Assembly: GCA_964398815.1 (NCBI GenBank)
Contig: CAYNNZ010000005.1
Span: 5,739 to 69,738, forward strand
DNA from: an uncultured Candidatus Saccharibacteria bacterium
GTDB taxonomy: Bacteria > Patescibacteriota > Minisyncoccia > Phycocordibacterales > Phycocordibacteraceae
Direction of reading: 5' to 3'
DNA length: 64,000 nt
Position 1 is the stretch's first letter, and each line of letters opens with the position of its first letter. The position numbers and the translations under genes are program-made. Shown here piece by piece: positions 1 through 8,839 of the stretch. The notes below the pieces were generated by a model. It saw only the letters and a program-made list of their open reading frames with translations. It searched no databases and was not told the origin of the DNA.

Positions 1-723
1 ACGCGGTATCGAGCTCTTCATCACGGACCATATTAAGGACGGCGACGGGAACACGAGTCGCGGCATGAGTTTCGCCTGCATCACGACGGGGATGTGAATC
101 GCCAGGTGCAAGAACGCACCGAGCACAACGCCGATGCCAATGCCGGGCAGTCCAAACAGCGGATAGAGCACGATGGTACCGAAGATGATGCCGACGTTAT
201 AGAGGACCGGCGAAAGCGCAAAGAGTGCGAAGCGCCTGTGTATCTGCGTCACGCTTGTCAGGATTCCCGAGAGTCCGAGCAAGATGGGCTGAATGAGCAG
301 TATGCGCGCGAGGAACACGAACTCACCCGCGTGCGGAGAGCCCACGAATGTCGGGAACAGGAGGAAGAGGAATGAGGGCGCGATGAGCGCAAGCAGGAGA
401 CAGATGACGCCGCCGCCCACCAAAAGGAAGGACGCCGAATGCGACAGCAGTCGGCGTGCCTCCTCTGGGTCTGCTTTCGCAATACGCGGAATGATGACAT
501 AGGCGGACACAAGCGAAGCGACCAGCGCGAACACCACGTCTGGCACCTTAAATGCCGCGTAGTAGAGATCGAGCACCTCCCCTGCCCCGAAGTTATGCGC
601 GAACAAACGATCGCGCGCCAGAGCCAGTATTTGCGACGCCAGTGTTAGGGCAGCAAGCAAGTACGCGGCCTGGTGTAGGCCGCGTACCGGGGATACTAAC
701 GTTTTCAGTATCCTGCTTACCAT
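1..723 (-). CDS. murJ: Lipid II flippase MurJ/MviN, N-terminal part; gene continues beyond window start
   Basis: Manual minus-strand translation from ATG (revcomp of cat at 721-723): MVSRILKTLVSPVRGLHQAAYLLAALTLASQILALARDRLFAHNFGAGEVLDLYYAAFKVPD... followed by hydrophobic polytopic sequence. This matches the MurJ N-terminal signature. It is open-ended so absent from the ORF track. A GGGAG RBS-like motif lies just upstream. Confidence 0.6.
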   Translation of the reverse strand, partial: MVSRILKTLVSPVRGLHQAAYLLAALTLASQILALARDRLFAHNFGAGEVLDLYYAAFKVPDVVFALVASLVSAYVIIPRIAKADPEEARRLLSHSASFLLVGGGVICLLLALIAPSFLFLLFPTFVGSPHAGEFVFLARILLIQPILLGLSGILTSVTQIHRRFALFALSPVLYNVGIIFGTIVLYPLFGLPGIGIGVVLGAFLHLAIHIPVVMQAKLMPRLVFPSPSLIWSVMKSSIPR

Positions 724-740
724 TACTCCCTAGAGTACCA

Positions 741-3209
741 CTATTTCGCTGTCGTGGTTGCTGCGGGAGCTGGGGTAGTTGTTTGCTTGCTTGCGCTTGG
801 AGCTGGCTCCTGAACCGGCGACTGCGGGATGCCGAGTGCGCCGAGACGGGATGCCGGGAACGGATTCTTGCCTGCCTGGAGGCTTGCGATATCCGTTGCT
901 ACTGCCTTTGCGTTGTCCTCCGAGAAGGCTGCCACGGTGTTGAGTTCCGTAAGTGCCTTATCGAGCTGACCCTTCGTTGCGTACATGACGCCGAGGAAGA
1001 AGTGCGCATTCGCGTACTGTGGATTCACCTGAACAGCCTTACCGAGAGCCTCGATAGCGCCGTCAGTGTTTCCATTTGCCGAGCGGAGAATACCCACCTG
1101 GAAGAGCACGGTCGGGTCGTTCGGAGCGAAGTAGGCGGCTGCTTCAGCTGCCTGAAGTGCCTCCTTCGCCTTCCCTTCCTGAGCCTGGAGCTGCGAGAGG
1201 AGGAAGATAGCCTGCGTGTAATCGCGCTTGAGCGTGATTGCCTTCACGAGGTTTTCCTCTGCTGCTGCAGCATTACCCTTCGCGATTTCGAGCTGCGCGA
1301 GGATGAACGGAATGGTCGGATTAGTCGGCGAGAGTGTTTCTGCCTGAGTGAACGATGCCTTTGCGTTTTCGTAGGCGCCGTCAATGTTAAGCGGAACCAC
1401 AGTCTCGTAGACGTTTCCAATCATCACCCAGTTCTGGTAGTTCTTCGGCCACAGACGCGTAGCCGTCGTACCTGCCTGAATACCGCCCGTGAGCGCTGCC
1501 TGGAACTGCTGCTGCGCATCAGCCGGGGTGAGCGTCGTATCAGCGACAATCTGGCGCATGCGGGCGATGCCGATGGCAGATGCGAGCTGATAGGCGCGCT
1601 CGGTCGGTGCGAACAGGATAGAACGGTTCACTGCAGTCGTTGCTCCCGGAAGGTCACCCTTTGCGTAGGCGACGGTAGCGGTTGCGTAGGACACATCACC
1701 GACATAACGCTTCACGACCACATAGGCTGCCACGACGGAAGCCAGAAGGAGGAGCGTGAGGCCGAATACGATGACGAATCCGATGCGCGGACTCCTAGCG
1801 AAGATGACGCCATACTCGCGGCGCTCGCGGCCGTAGCGGAGCGAGGACACGAATATACCGAGCATAAGGAATCCGATCATGAGCACCACCGGTCCCGGTA
1901 CCGTGAGCACGGACATGATGAATACGTAGAGTGCACCCGTGAAGGATGCGAGCGATACGTATCGCATGAACGAATCAGACGGGGTGCGGAACAGGAGGGC
2001 GCGAACGCCGAAGAACAAGAAGAGCCCCAGGAACGCGAGCCATGCGAGCACGCCTACGACGCCGGTCGTCACGAAGGACGTCGGGATGTAGCCGATTCCG
2101 GACGTGAAGTCCACGTTCCAGAAGATGGTGTCGTTAAGCGAGCGGTCGCGGAACTTGAGCCACTGATTGCCGAACGTACCCGGGCCTGAGCCGAATATCG
2201 GCGAGGCAGCATAGGTATGACTTCCCACATCGAAGGTGGACTGCCACGACGGACGAACGTCGATGACGGACGCATTGAATGCCGTCACGAGCGCGTTGCC
2301 GATGGTAGAACCGCCGATAAGGAAGAAGAGCGCGATGATGAGCGTTGCGAACGGAACACCGAGTCCTGACGAATCAGCCTCAGGCGCTTCCATGTCGCGC
2401 TCGCCCGAAACCATCGCTACTCCTTCGAAGTCGCTGTCCTCTGCGGTCGGACGCTTCTTCATGATTGCCTCGATGAAGAGCGCGAGCGCGACAAGCGCGA
2501 CCATGCCCCACACGAGCGGCGAATTCACGAGCGCGAGCACCACTAGTGCGAGACCCCCACCCACATAGAGCGCGATGCGAGCCCGTCCAGTGATGGACAG
2601 GAAGCGCAGCGCGAGAAGCGCGAGCGTCACCCCAAGACCCAAGAGGATGCCGAGGTCGCCGAACGTACCGACGAGGTTCACCGTCGGGGTCACCAGCGAC
2701 GGCGCTATCTTGCCGACGATGATGAACCCAATCTGCGCAACCACGATGAGGCCGAGCAGCATCGCTCCCCACTTGAAGAAGGAGCGGTAGTGCGGACCAC
2801 GGCGGAACGCGAGCGCAGTCAAGGTCGCGAGTGCTGCCATCAAGACGACGAATCCGAGCGTGTCGGATTCAAGGTCCGTGCCGAAGAATGCCTGCCCGAA
2901 ACTCATTCCGGAGAACAAGGATGAGAGCAGGTATGCAAGCGGCAATATCCAGAGCGCGCCGAGAAGCGGAAGCGGCGGAACGATGACGTTGCCGCGGCGC
3001 AGGCGCGCGAGGATGAACAGCACGAGCGCAACCAAACCGCCAATAGCGAAGATGGAAATCTTCGTATAGATGAACGGTATTGTCTGCGAGGGAATAAAGG
3101 CGACTGTTCCCAGTGCGCCAGCGGCGATAAGAGCCCAAATCGCCGCAGTATCGAACGAGAAGCGCCGTGGGTTAGGCGCTGCCGCCGATACAGTTTCTGT
3201 ATCTGACAT
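741..3209 (-). CDS. Polytopic membrane protein of the O-antigen ligase/Wzy-like family with C-terminal TPR repeats
   Basis: 822 aa ORF. Roughly 12 TM segments in the N-terminal 450 aa. The C-terminal 250 aa has repeated TPR-like helices (AYENAKASFTQA..., AHFFLGVMYATKGQLDKALTELN). This architecture is common in CPR genomes. It lies directly upstream of murJ. Confidence 0.55.
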   Translation of the reverse strand: MSDTETVSAAAPNPRRFSFDTAAIWALIAAGALGTVAFIPSQTIPFIYTKISIFAIGGLVALVLFILARLRRGNVIVPPLPLLGALWILPLAYLLSSLFSGMSFGQAFFGTDLESDTLGFVVLMAALATLTALAFRRGPHYRSFFKWGAMLLGLIVVAQIGFIIVGKIAPSLVTPTVNLVGTFGDLGILLGLGVTLALLALRFLSITGRARIALYVGGGLALVVLALVNSPLVWGMVALVALALFIEAIMKKRPTAEDSDFEGVAMVSGERDMEAPEADSSGLGVPFATLIIALFFLIGGSTIGNALVTAFNASVIDVRPSWQSTFDVGSHTYAASPIFGSGPGTFGNQWLKFRDRSLNDTIFWNVDFTSGIGYIPTSFVTTGVVGVLAWLAFLGLFLFFGVRALLFRTPSDSFMRYVSLASFTGALYVFIMSVLTVPGPVVLMIGFLMLGIFVSSLRYGRERREYGVIFARSPRIGFVIVFGLTLLLLASVVAAYVVVKRYVGDVSYATATVAYAKGDLPGATTAVNRSILFAPTERAYQLASAIGIARMRQIVADTTLTPADAQQQFQAALTGGIQAGTTATRLWPKNYQNWVMIGNVYETVVPLNIDGAYENAKASFTQAETLSPTNPTIPFILAQLEIAKGNAAAAEENLVKAITLKRDYTQAIFLLSQLQAQEGKAKEALQAAEAAAYFAPNDPTVLFQVGILRSANGNTDGAIEALGKAVQVNPQYANAHFFLGVMYATKGQLDKALTELNTVAAFSEDNAKAVATDIASLQAGKNPFPASRLGALGIPQSPVQEPAPSASKQTTTPAPAATTTAK

Positions 3210-3325
3210 ATTGTTTGTTATTACTCCGTAATCACGGGATTAACCCAAAGCACATTAATAACTGCCTCTTTAGTATACGGGGCCGTTCGTGTTGCAAGCG
3301 GCTCGCGGTGGGGACAGTAAATGGC

Positions 3326-3352
3326 AAAAACCCGCCGAAAAGGCGGGTTTTT
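3326..3352. terminator. Symmetric hairpin aaaaacccgcc-gaaa-aggcgggttttt; bidirectional intrinsic terminator immediately 3' of rnpB
   Basis: Perfect GC-rich stem flanked by A-run and T-run, seen in sequence. Confidence 0.6.
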
Positions 3353-3362
3353 GCATGTATAT

Positions 3363-3716
3363 GGATACCGGTTCGATAAGCCGAATTCTGTCGGGCGTAC
3401 GCCCGGACGATCATCTATCTGGGCCGCATGTTGCCATGCGGCTCGAGCGGCGCTCCCTTCCCCGAGGGGATGGGCACGGCCTTGCACTGAGGTAAGGATT
3501 TAGCCGTTTCACCCCCCTAGTCACCTAGGGGATTAATCAGACGAGCTTTTCAGCTCAGCTGACCTTCCTTGCTTTCGCTCGGAACGTCACTGTTCGCACC
3601 TCGCATTTTTCAATGGGCGGGCGTTACCCGCTACCCTGCTGCAGCCCAAAGACTGCCAGTGTTCGGACTTTCCTCCCGGAGCAAAAGCCCCGAGCGATCG
3701 TCTGAACCGGTCCGTG
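3363..3716 (-). ncRNA. rnpB: RNase P RNA (bacterial type A), about 354 nt
   Basis: Minus strand carries the P4 5' strand GGAGGAAAGUCCGAAC (revcomp of 3663-3678) and the 3' conserved ACAGAAUUCGGCUUAUCG (revcomp of 3376-3393). The P1 helix pairs 5' GGACCGGUUC (3713-3704) with 3' GAACCGGU (3375-3368). TATAAT (revcomp of 3720-3725) lies about 7 nt upstream of the predicted 5' end. The terminator hairpin 3326-3352 follows. No protein-coding signal. Confidence 0.7.
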
Positions 3717-3746
3717 TGGATTATACCACAGGTCTAAATAATGTCG

Positions 3747-4244
3747 CTAGTTACCGTACGGAGGCGGTAACGCAATCTTCGAGTCCACTTCGAGCCCATG
3801 ATCGCGGGCGTATCCGGCCCGAGTCTCGAGTACGTACTTCACCGGAGTCGGAGGATAAAAGACATGGGGGTAGGTGCCCGGGTCGACCCCGTGATCGATG
3901 AGGATAACCGTTCCATTGTCCGATAGCCAAATGATGTCGATAGGCGCAAGCATGTCCTTCATCCAGAATCCGTATCGGTCAGCCTTCGGGAAGACGAACA
4001 GCATGCCGTAGTTATCTTCTATCGTTGGTCGCTTTCCGAGACCTAGTTCCTGTTTGGCAGGCGTATCAGCAATTTCATACCTGAATGCAGCGTACGTACC
4101 CACCGCCGGCATGGTCGTGTCCTTTACGGACGTTCTATAGGACACATACCAGTACCCTGCTGCCATCAGCACGAGCGCAAGGACGAGCACTGCTATGCCG
4201 ATGCGCAGATAGCCAGTTCGTTTCATTTCTCTATGATACCGCAC
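3747..4244 (-). CDS. DUF192 (COG1430) family protein with N-terminal signal/anchor
   Basis: 165 aa with an N-terminal TM. The core GLGKRPTIEDNYGMLFVF...YGFWMKDMLAPIDIIWLSDNGTVI matches the DUF192 pattern. The alternative start MKRTGYL at 4226 is plausible. Confidence 0.65.
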   Translation of the reverse strand: MRYHREMKRTGYLRIGIAVLVLALVLMAAGYWYVSYRTSVKDTTMPAVGTYAAFRYEIADTPAKQELGLGKRPTIEDNYGMLFVFPKADRYGFWMKDMLAPIDIIWLSDNGTVILIDHGVDPGTYPHVFYPPTPVKYVLETRAGYARDHGLEVDSKIALPPPYGN

Positions 4245-4294
4245 GAGCCGGACCCTTTTGGGTCCGGCTCGTGGTGTGCTGCGCTTGCGTGTGA

Positions 4295-6364
4295 TTACGG
4301 AAGCATCGGATTATCGAATGCCATGTCGGGGCACGCAATGCGATTTATCTTCACCTGGGTCGTCTTGTACACATACCCTGTCGGGGTGTGGTCAGTCGGG
4401 AGACCGTACGGCACCCAAGGTGCGAGCACGTCAGACCAATACTTCACCTGGAACGCGTTCACCCAGTTGGTAGTCAGGTTGTCGAAGACACCAGACACGC
4501 TCAGGTTGGCGCTCATTTCCCCATTAAGGAAGGATTGCAGCACGGAGACCTGATTGCTGTCGTTGACCTGACCCTCGCGCATCCAGCTCGTGATGAGCGG
4601 GCAGGAGGCACCGAGGACTTCCCCGTCGCCACCAATACCGAAGTTGTCGTTATTGGTGCCGCTGTTAGAGGAAGAGCTGTGCGAGTGACCGCCTCCGCCC
4701 CCTCCTCCGTTACCCCCACTGTTGCCTCCGGAATTTACCGTAGGTTCAAAGTCGAAGATGGTGGTGGTTGCGAACCCAGTAGTCGAGCCGACATGCTGCG
4801 TCGAGCTTGCGACCGTGAGAAGCAGGTTATCGATGTAGGCATTTGCAGTCGCGCTCGTTGTTGCATTCTTGATGCCGATACCCAAGAGTGGATCTGCAAG
4901 TGATACACGGCTATTCGGGAATGCAGTCATGAGCGAACTCCAGCTGCGGAATTGTGCCATGTTCAGGTCTGGCCACTGCGAAGGCGTGGAGGTAGACGTC
5001 GTGGCGTATCCACTCCAAGTCCACTTTCCAGAACCGAGGAGATTCCAGTTCTGCCATGTGCTGCTTGCGACGGTGCCATTTTGTTCCGGCATGTAGACCA
5101 GCTGTCCGGTGCCTGTTGCGTTCCCTTGTAGGTCAACGTTGAAGGCGAAGAACGGCGCGGTCGTAGATGCAGTAGTGCTTGCTCCCGAGTCCTCATAGGA
5201 CGAGAACGAGAGCGCGGTGATATCAGCAAGACGGGTGCCGCCGAACTGGTAGGTCGCAATGCTGTGGCTCATGGTGTCGGTTGCCGTAAGCAGAACCGAT
5301 CCAGAACCAAGCAGTGCAGTGCCCGGACCATTCACGAATGAGCCTGCGGAGTTACTGTCGATTGCTCCGGTTGCTCCATTCCAGAAAAACCATTTCGAGG
5401 AGGACATCGCATCACCCTGCGAAGTCGCAAGGTCGCCTTGGCGAACGACTATCGTGTGACTGGTCGAGGTAGCCTGCGTGGTCGTACCAGTACCACCGCC
5501 TCCGGTGTTACCGCCGCCAGTCCCAGTGCCACACGTGGCGCCCATGACGGTAAGTCGGAAGAGAAGACCTGCAGGGTTTGAGTTTGCAGTTTCTCCTGGG
5601 CGAGGAGCATTGCTGACGGTTACTTCCATGGTGTTCGTTCCGTTATGGAGGTAGCCCGTCACATCGTAATGATGAGAGGAAGTGAAGTTGTCCTCGATGA
5701 ATGACCGGTCATCAACTGTCATGCCATTCACTTTGAGGATGTAGCCGTTGTCGGCTGCGATATCGAGCGAGCCGCTGGTGCTGGTACCGGTAACACTGAA
5801 GTCTTTGGTAAAAACCTCCGTAGTGCCGGTTGCCGCATCGGCGTCCGTAAGAGTCTCGCCCCATATCCAGGTGGAGCTTGCGATGCTGGTCCATGCCGGG
5901 TTAATCGGCATGACTGCAATCGAGCCATGGCCGCCCTGCATAGTGGTAGCGTCAGAGACGAATACACATTGCTGTGGTGTTCCGTTTCCGCCGCCATTGT
6001 TCCCGCCACCATTATTTCCACCGCCGGTATTCCCGCCCGTAGGACAGGTTGAGGTAGCGGTATTGGTAGGAGTGGTCGAGCCAGTTCCTGTCGGGAGAGT
6101 CGGGTCAGTCGGACAGGTCGGGTCGGTTGGGTTCGTTACTCCCCCGCCAGGAGCAGTCGGGTTCGTGGGGTCCGTAGGATTGGTCGGGTCCGTCGGCATG
6201 GTCGGTGCCGTTATGGAGAAATTCGAACCGAAGCCGAATTGGGTTGTCTGTGCCACGGCAGCCGCAGGTATGGCTGACGCGATGAGCGCGACCGAGAGAA
6301 GCGCAGACTGCGCCGCGCTCAGGAGCACGAGCGTTCGCCTGCGCGATACGAGTTTCTTTGTCAT
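4295..6364 (-). CDS. Large secreted low-complexity surface protein (signal peptide, Pro-Thr and Gly/Asn-rich linkers, beta-rich C-terminal domains)
   Basis: 689 aa. N-terminus MTKKLVSRRRTLVLLSAAQSALLSVALIASAIPAAAVA is a signal peptide. PTDPTNPTDPTNPT repeats and GGGNNGGGNNGGGNG runs. No recognisable catalytic motif. Confidence 0.5.
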   Translation of the reverse strand: MTKKLVSRRRTLVLLSAAQSALLSVALIASAIPAAAVAQTTQFGFGSNFSITAPTMPTDPTNPTDPTNPTAPGGGVTNPTDPTCPTDPTLPTGTGSTTPTNTATSTCPTGGNTGGGNNGGGNNGGGNGTPQQCVFVSDATTMQGGHGSIAVMPINPAWTSIASSTWIWGETLTDADAATGTTEVFTKDFSVTGTSTSGSLDIAADNGYILKVNGMTVDDRSFIEDNFTSSHHYDVTGYLHNGTNTMEVTVSNAPRPGETANSNPAGLLFRLTVMGATCGTGTGGGNTGGGGTGTTTQATSTSHTIVVRQGDLATSQGDAMSSSKWFFWNGATGAIDSNSAGSFVNGPGTALLGSGSVLLTATDTMSHSIATYQFGGTRLADITALSFSSYEDSGASTTASTTAPFFAFNVDLQGNATGTGQLVYMPEQNGTVASSTWQNWNLLGSGKWTWSGYATTSTSTPSQWPDLNMAQFRSWSSLMTAFPNSRVSLADPLLGIGIKNATTSATANAYIDNLLLTVASSTQHVGSTTGFATTTIFDFEPTVNSGGNSGGNGGGGGGGHSHSSSSNSGTNNDNFGIGGDGEVLGASCPLITSWMREGQVNDSNQVSVLQSFLNGEMSANLSVSGVFDNLTTNWVNAFQVKYWSDVLAPWVPYGLPTDHTPTGYVYKTTQVKINRIACPDMAFDNPMLP
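5970..6200 (-). repeat. Coding low-complexity repeat (PTDPTNPT units and GGGNN units) inside the 4295-6364 gene
   Basis: Seen in translation (aa ~55-130) and as ccnac/ggnaa periodicity in DNA. Confidence 0.5.
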
Positions 6365-6520
6365 GGTGGATAAAAATTAAGCGAATCTGCGGTAGGACCC
6401 GTCACAGAGAGAGAACCCTTACGAGCGGGAGGACTACCTAGACCCTCTGAATAACACCGCAGCCGTGAGAAATAGATGAAGTATTCATGGTGAAAAGTCG
6501 CCTGTGGTACGGTAGAGGCA

Positions 6521-7318
6521 ATGCAGCATTTTCTGGCATGGCTTATGGCGCTCACGACATCCCTCACTGGAGCGAGCCATTTCGCATTCGCCCCGCATGC
6601 AACGAGCACTCCCCCGCTTCCGGTCGACACCAGTGGTGCGCCGGTCCGTATACCGATTTTCATTTACCACACCATCACGAATGAAAAGGTAACCGCGAGT
6701 TCCTACGGCTCATTCAGCAACACACCGGAACTCCTCGACGAGCACCTTACCTATTTAGATGAGCACGGGTACACCACTGTCACCATGAAGGAGGTCGCAG
6801 ACATGCTGCGTCGCGGAACCACGTCACCGATTGCAAAGCCGGTCGCACTCACGTTCGACGACGGCTGGGTAACGCAGTACAAAAACGCGCTCCCGATACT
6901 CGAGAAACATCATGTTAAAGCAACGTTCTACATATTCCCGAATCCAGTCAGCAAGGACGACCGGTTCATGACGTGGGAGCAGCTCGCGGAGTTGCGGGAC
7001 AAGGGATATGAAATCGCCTCGCACTCCTATACGCATCCGCTGCTGTCGAAGCAGACGCCTGAGATGCTTCATCACGAACTTAACGACAGCAAGAAACTGC
7101 TCGAGGAAAAGCTCGGTGTCACCGTGACTGATTTCGCGTCCCCGTTCGGATACACGAGTCCTGCGGTCGTCGCTGAACTGAAAGCAGATGGATACGAGAC
7201 CGGCCGCACGACCAATCAGGGATTCACACATGCAACCGGGACTGAGTACGCGCTCGATGCCTACCTCGTGCATCAGGGCATCAAGGATTTCACCTGGGCA
7301 CTTGAGTACGGGAAATAA
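6521..7318 (+). CDS. Secreted polysaccharide deacetylase (NodB homology/CE4 family)
   Basis: 265 aa with a signal peptide. Motifs ALTFDDGWVTQY, HHVKATFYIF and SHSYTHP are typical CE4 deacetylase motifs (Asp-Asp, His-His). Confidence 0.75.
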   Translation: MQHFLAWLMALTTSLTGASHFAFAPHATSTPPLPVDTSGAPVRIPIFIYHTITNEKVTASSYGSFSNTPELLDEHLTYLDEHGYTTVTMKEVADMLRRGTTSPIAKPVALTFDDGWVTQYKNALPILEKHHVKATFYIFPNPVSKDDRFMTWEQLAELRDKGYEIASHSYTHPLLSKQTPEMLHHELNDSKKLLEEKLGVTVTDFASPFGYTSPAVVAELKADGYETGRTTNQGFTHATGTEYALDAYLVHQGIKDFTWALEYGK

Positions 7319-7578
7319 TCACTACGTGAGGGTTTACGGGGATATCGTGTGGAGAACCATGGTTCTCCACACCTACCTATCTACCTGAAGAGTTCATATA
7401 ATTGGGTTGGACCAAAGCAAAAGAGCGCCCCCAACGAAATTTAAGAGCGCTCTCAAGCTCACGAGTCCCGACAGCAAGGGCACTATTCGGCGCACCTGAA
7501 CTGCCGGCGCAGGGTTTGCCTGCTTCTTCTAGCATACATTCTCTCGCGCACTTAAATTGCGCCGCTGTGAATATCATT

Positions 7579-7974
7579 ATGCCTAACAAACTAAAGCATC
7601 TTGAGTTCATTCAGGCAGTAGTCACCCGAATGAGTTCAAATGGGTTTCTCCTAAAAGGATGGAGTGTCACCCTTACAATCGCATTATTCGCGCTCTGCGA
7701 TAAGACATCGAACTCAACATTAGTCCTCGTAGGACTCATGCCCATTCTTATGTTCTGGGTTCTCGATGCATTCTTTCTTTGTCGTGAGCACGCATACCGC
7801 AGACTTTACGACGAAGTCCGGAAACGGAGTGAGGATGATATCGACTTCTCTATGGCCATAAGCGACCTATGCGAGGGTGACTTCTGTTGGCTGAAGAACA
7901 TATTTTCCCCAACGGAGGTGGCGTTTTATCTCGGTCTGGTGGCAGTCACATTACTCGGAACATCCCTGCTGTAA
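7579..7974 (+). CDS. Small multi-TM membrane protein (131 aa; 2-3 predicted helices) encoded 6 nt upstream of the TIR-like gene; candidate effector/partner
   Basis: ATG at 7579. MPNKLKHLEFIQAVVTRMSSNGFLLKGWSVTLTIALFAL... followed by hydrophobic segments LVLVGLMPILMFWVLDAFFL and VAFYLGLVAVTLLGTSLL. Clearly more AT-rich than the flanks. The upstream in-frame extension to 7402 was judged non-coding. Confidence 0.5.
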   Translation: MPNKLKHLEFIQAVVTRMSSNGFLLKGWSVTLTIALFALCDKTSNSTLVLVGLMPILMFWVLDAFFLCREHAYRRLYDEVRKRSEDDIDFSMAISDLCEGDFCWLKNIFSPTEVAFYLGLVAVTLLGTSLL

Positions 7975-7980
7975 TTCCCT

Positions 7981-8658
7981 ATGTCAAAGAAGATATTCGT
8001 GAGTTACAAGTATGCAGATGCTGCAGTGCGTCCACTCCCAGGAGTATATGCAACAACTGCACGAAACTATGTCGATGAATTGGAAGTACATCTCGAGGAG
8101 AATGACCATATATACAAGGGTGAGCCCAGCGACGGAGATCTGAGTAACTTCAAAGACGACACAATCGCATCGTCACTTCGAGACCGTATTCACGACAGTA
8201 CCGTAACAGTTGTGTTGGTCTCTAAGAACATGAAGGAAAGCTACCTCCTCGAATCTGATCAATGGATTCCATGGGAAATTGCATACTCGCTACGTGAACA
8301 GACGCGAAATGGGCGCACGAGCGGTTCAAATGCAATTGTTGCCGTAGGTATCCCAGACGAAAATGGGAGTTACGCGCACTTCATTCTCGAAAACACCTGC
8401 GTACAGTGTGGTAGTCGAACCGTCATGACTAATTTGTTCTTCGGAATCCTTCGAAGAAACATGTTCAATCGACGTCTTCCTAAGCACAGCAACTGTAGCG
8501 CTCACTCGGTGCTAAATCCGGTTCATGAAGGTGATGACCACTCCTACATTTACCCAGTAAAGTGGGACGACTTCATCACAGATATGGATCGACATCTGGG
8601 TATCGCGCTCGACATGAATTCTCGTATTCATGAGTACGACATCTCGAAGACGCCATAG
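7981..8658 (+). CDS. TIR-like domain protein of the ThsB/DUF1863 (MTH538-type) kind
   Basis: 225 aa. N-terminus MSKKIFVSYKYAD (classic TIR/ThsB start). Core DSTVTVVLVSKNMKESYLLESDQWIPWEIAYSL...NAIVAVGIPDENGSY resembles the ThsB beta-strand/WxxE region; the Glu in WEI is a candidate catalytic Glu. C-terminal YPVKWDDF. AT-rich composition. Identified by eye, no HMM run. Confidence 0.6.
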   Translation: MSKKIFVSYKYADAAVRPLPGVYATTARNYVDELEVHLEENDHIYKGEPSDGDLSNFKDDTIASSLRDRIHDSTVTVVLVSKNMKESYLLESDQWIPWEIAYSLREQTRNGRTSGSNAIVAVGIPDENGSYAHFILENTCVQCGSRTVMTNLFFGILRRNMFNRRLPKHSNCSAHSVLNPVHEGDDHSYIYPVKWDDFITDMDRHLGIALDMNSRIHEYDISKTP

Positions 8659-8674
8659 ACCCTTCAGTTAAACA

Positions 8675-8714
8675 AAAGCACAAACCCGCATTAGCCAGTG
8701 CGGGTTTGTGCTTT
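8675..8714. terminator. 16-bp perfect inverted repeat hairpin (aaagcacaaacccgca / tgcgggtttgtgcttt, loop ttagccag); terminates the TIR gene (+) and tRNA-Ser (-)
   Basis: Seen in sequence. On the minus strand it is followed by a TTGTTT run 14 nt after the tRNA 3' end. Confidence 0.65.
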
Positions 8715-8727
8715 GCTAAGGAAAGTG

Positions 8728-8812
8728 CGGAAGCGGAGAGATTCGAACTCTCGATACCTTGCGGTATGCCGCCTTTCCAAGGCGGTGCACTAGACCACTA
8801 TGCGACGCTTCC
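8728..8812 (-). tRNA. tRNA-Ser (anticodon GGA), class II with long variable arm, 85 nt, no encoded CCA
   Basis: Hand-folded: acceptor GGAAGCG/CGCUUCC, D-stem GCAU/GUGC with GG in the loop, anticodon stem CCGCC/GGCGG, loop UUGGAAA (U33, anticodon GGA, A37), variable arm AUACC-GCAA-GGUAU, T-arm GAGAG-UUCGAAU-CUCUC, discriminator G. Confidence 0.85.
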
Positions 8813-8839
8813 GTTCGTGTTTTATAGCACAGAACCGGA

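Noticed and set aside
552-2189. 545-aa plus-strand ORF (Cys/Arg/His-rich) and neighbouring short ORFs 94-648
   Set aside because: Lies antisense to the well-supported 822-aa membrane/TPR gene and to murJ. Composition is typical of shadow ORFs in GC-rich DNA. No motifs.
7402-7578. N-terminal 59-codon extension of the TM-protein ORF
   Set aside because: GC-rich upstream region without a stop. No RBS. The hydrophobic protein plausibly starts at the ATG at 7579, where composition switches to AT-rich.
7319-7600. Search for an integrase or a direct repeat of the tRNA-Ser 3' end delimiting the TIR islet
   Set aside because: No integrase/recombinase ORF and no copy of ggaagcggagagattcgaactc found at the far edge. 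The islet is treated as a non-autonomous insertion, not a called mobile element.
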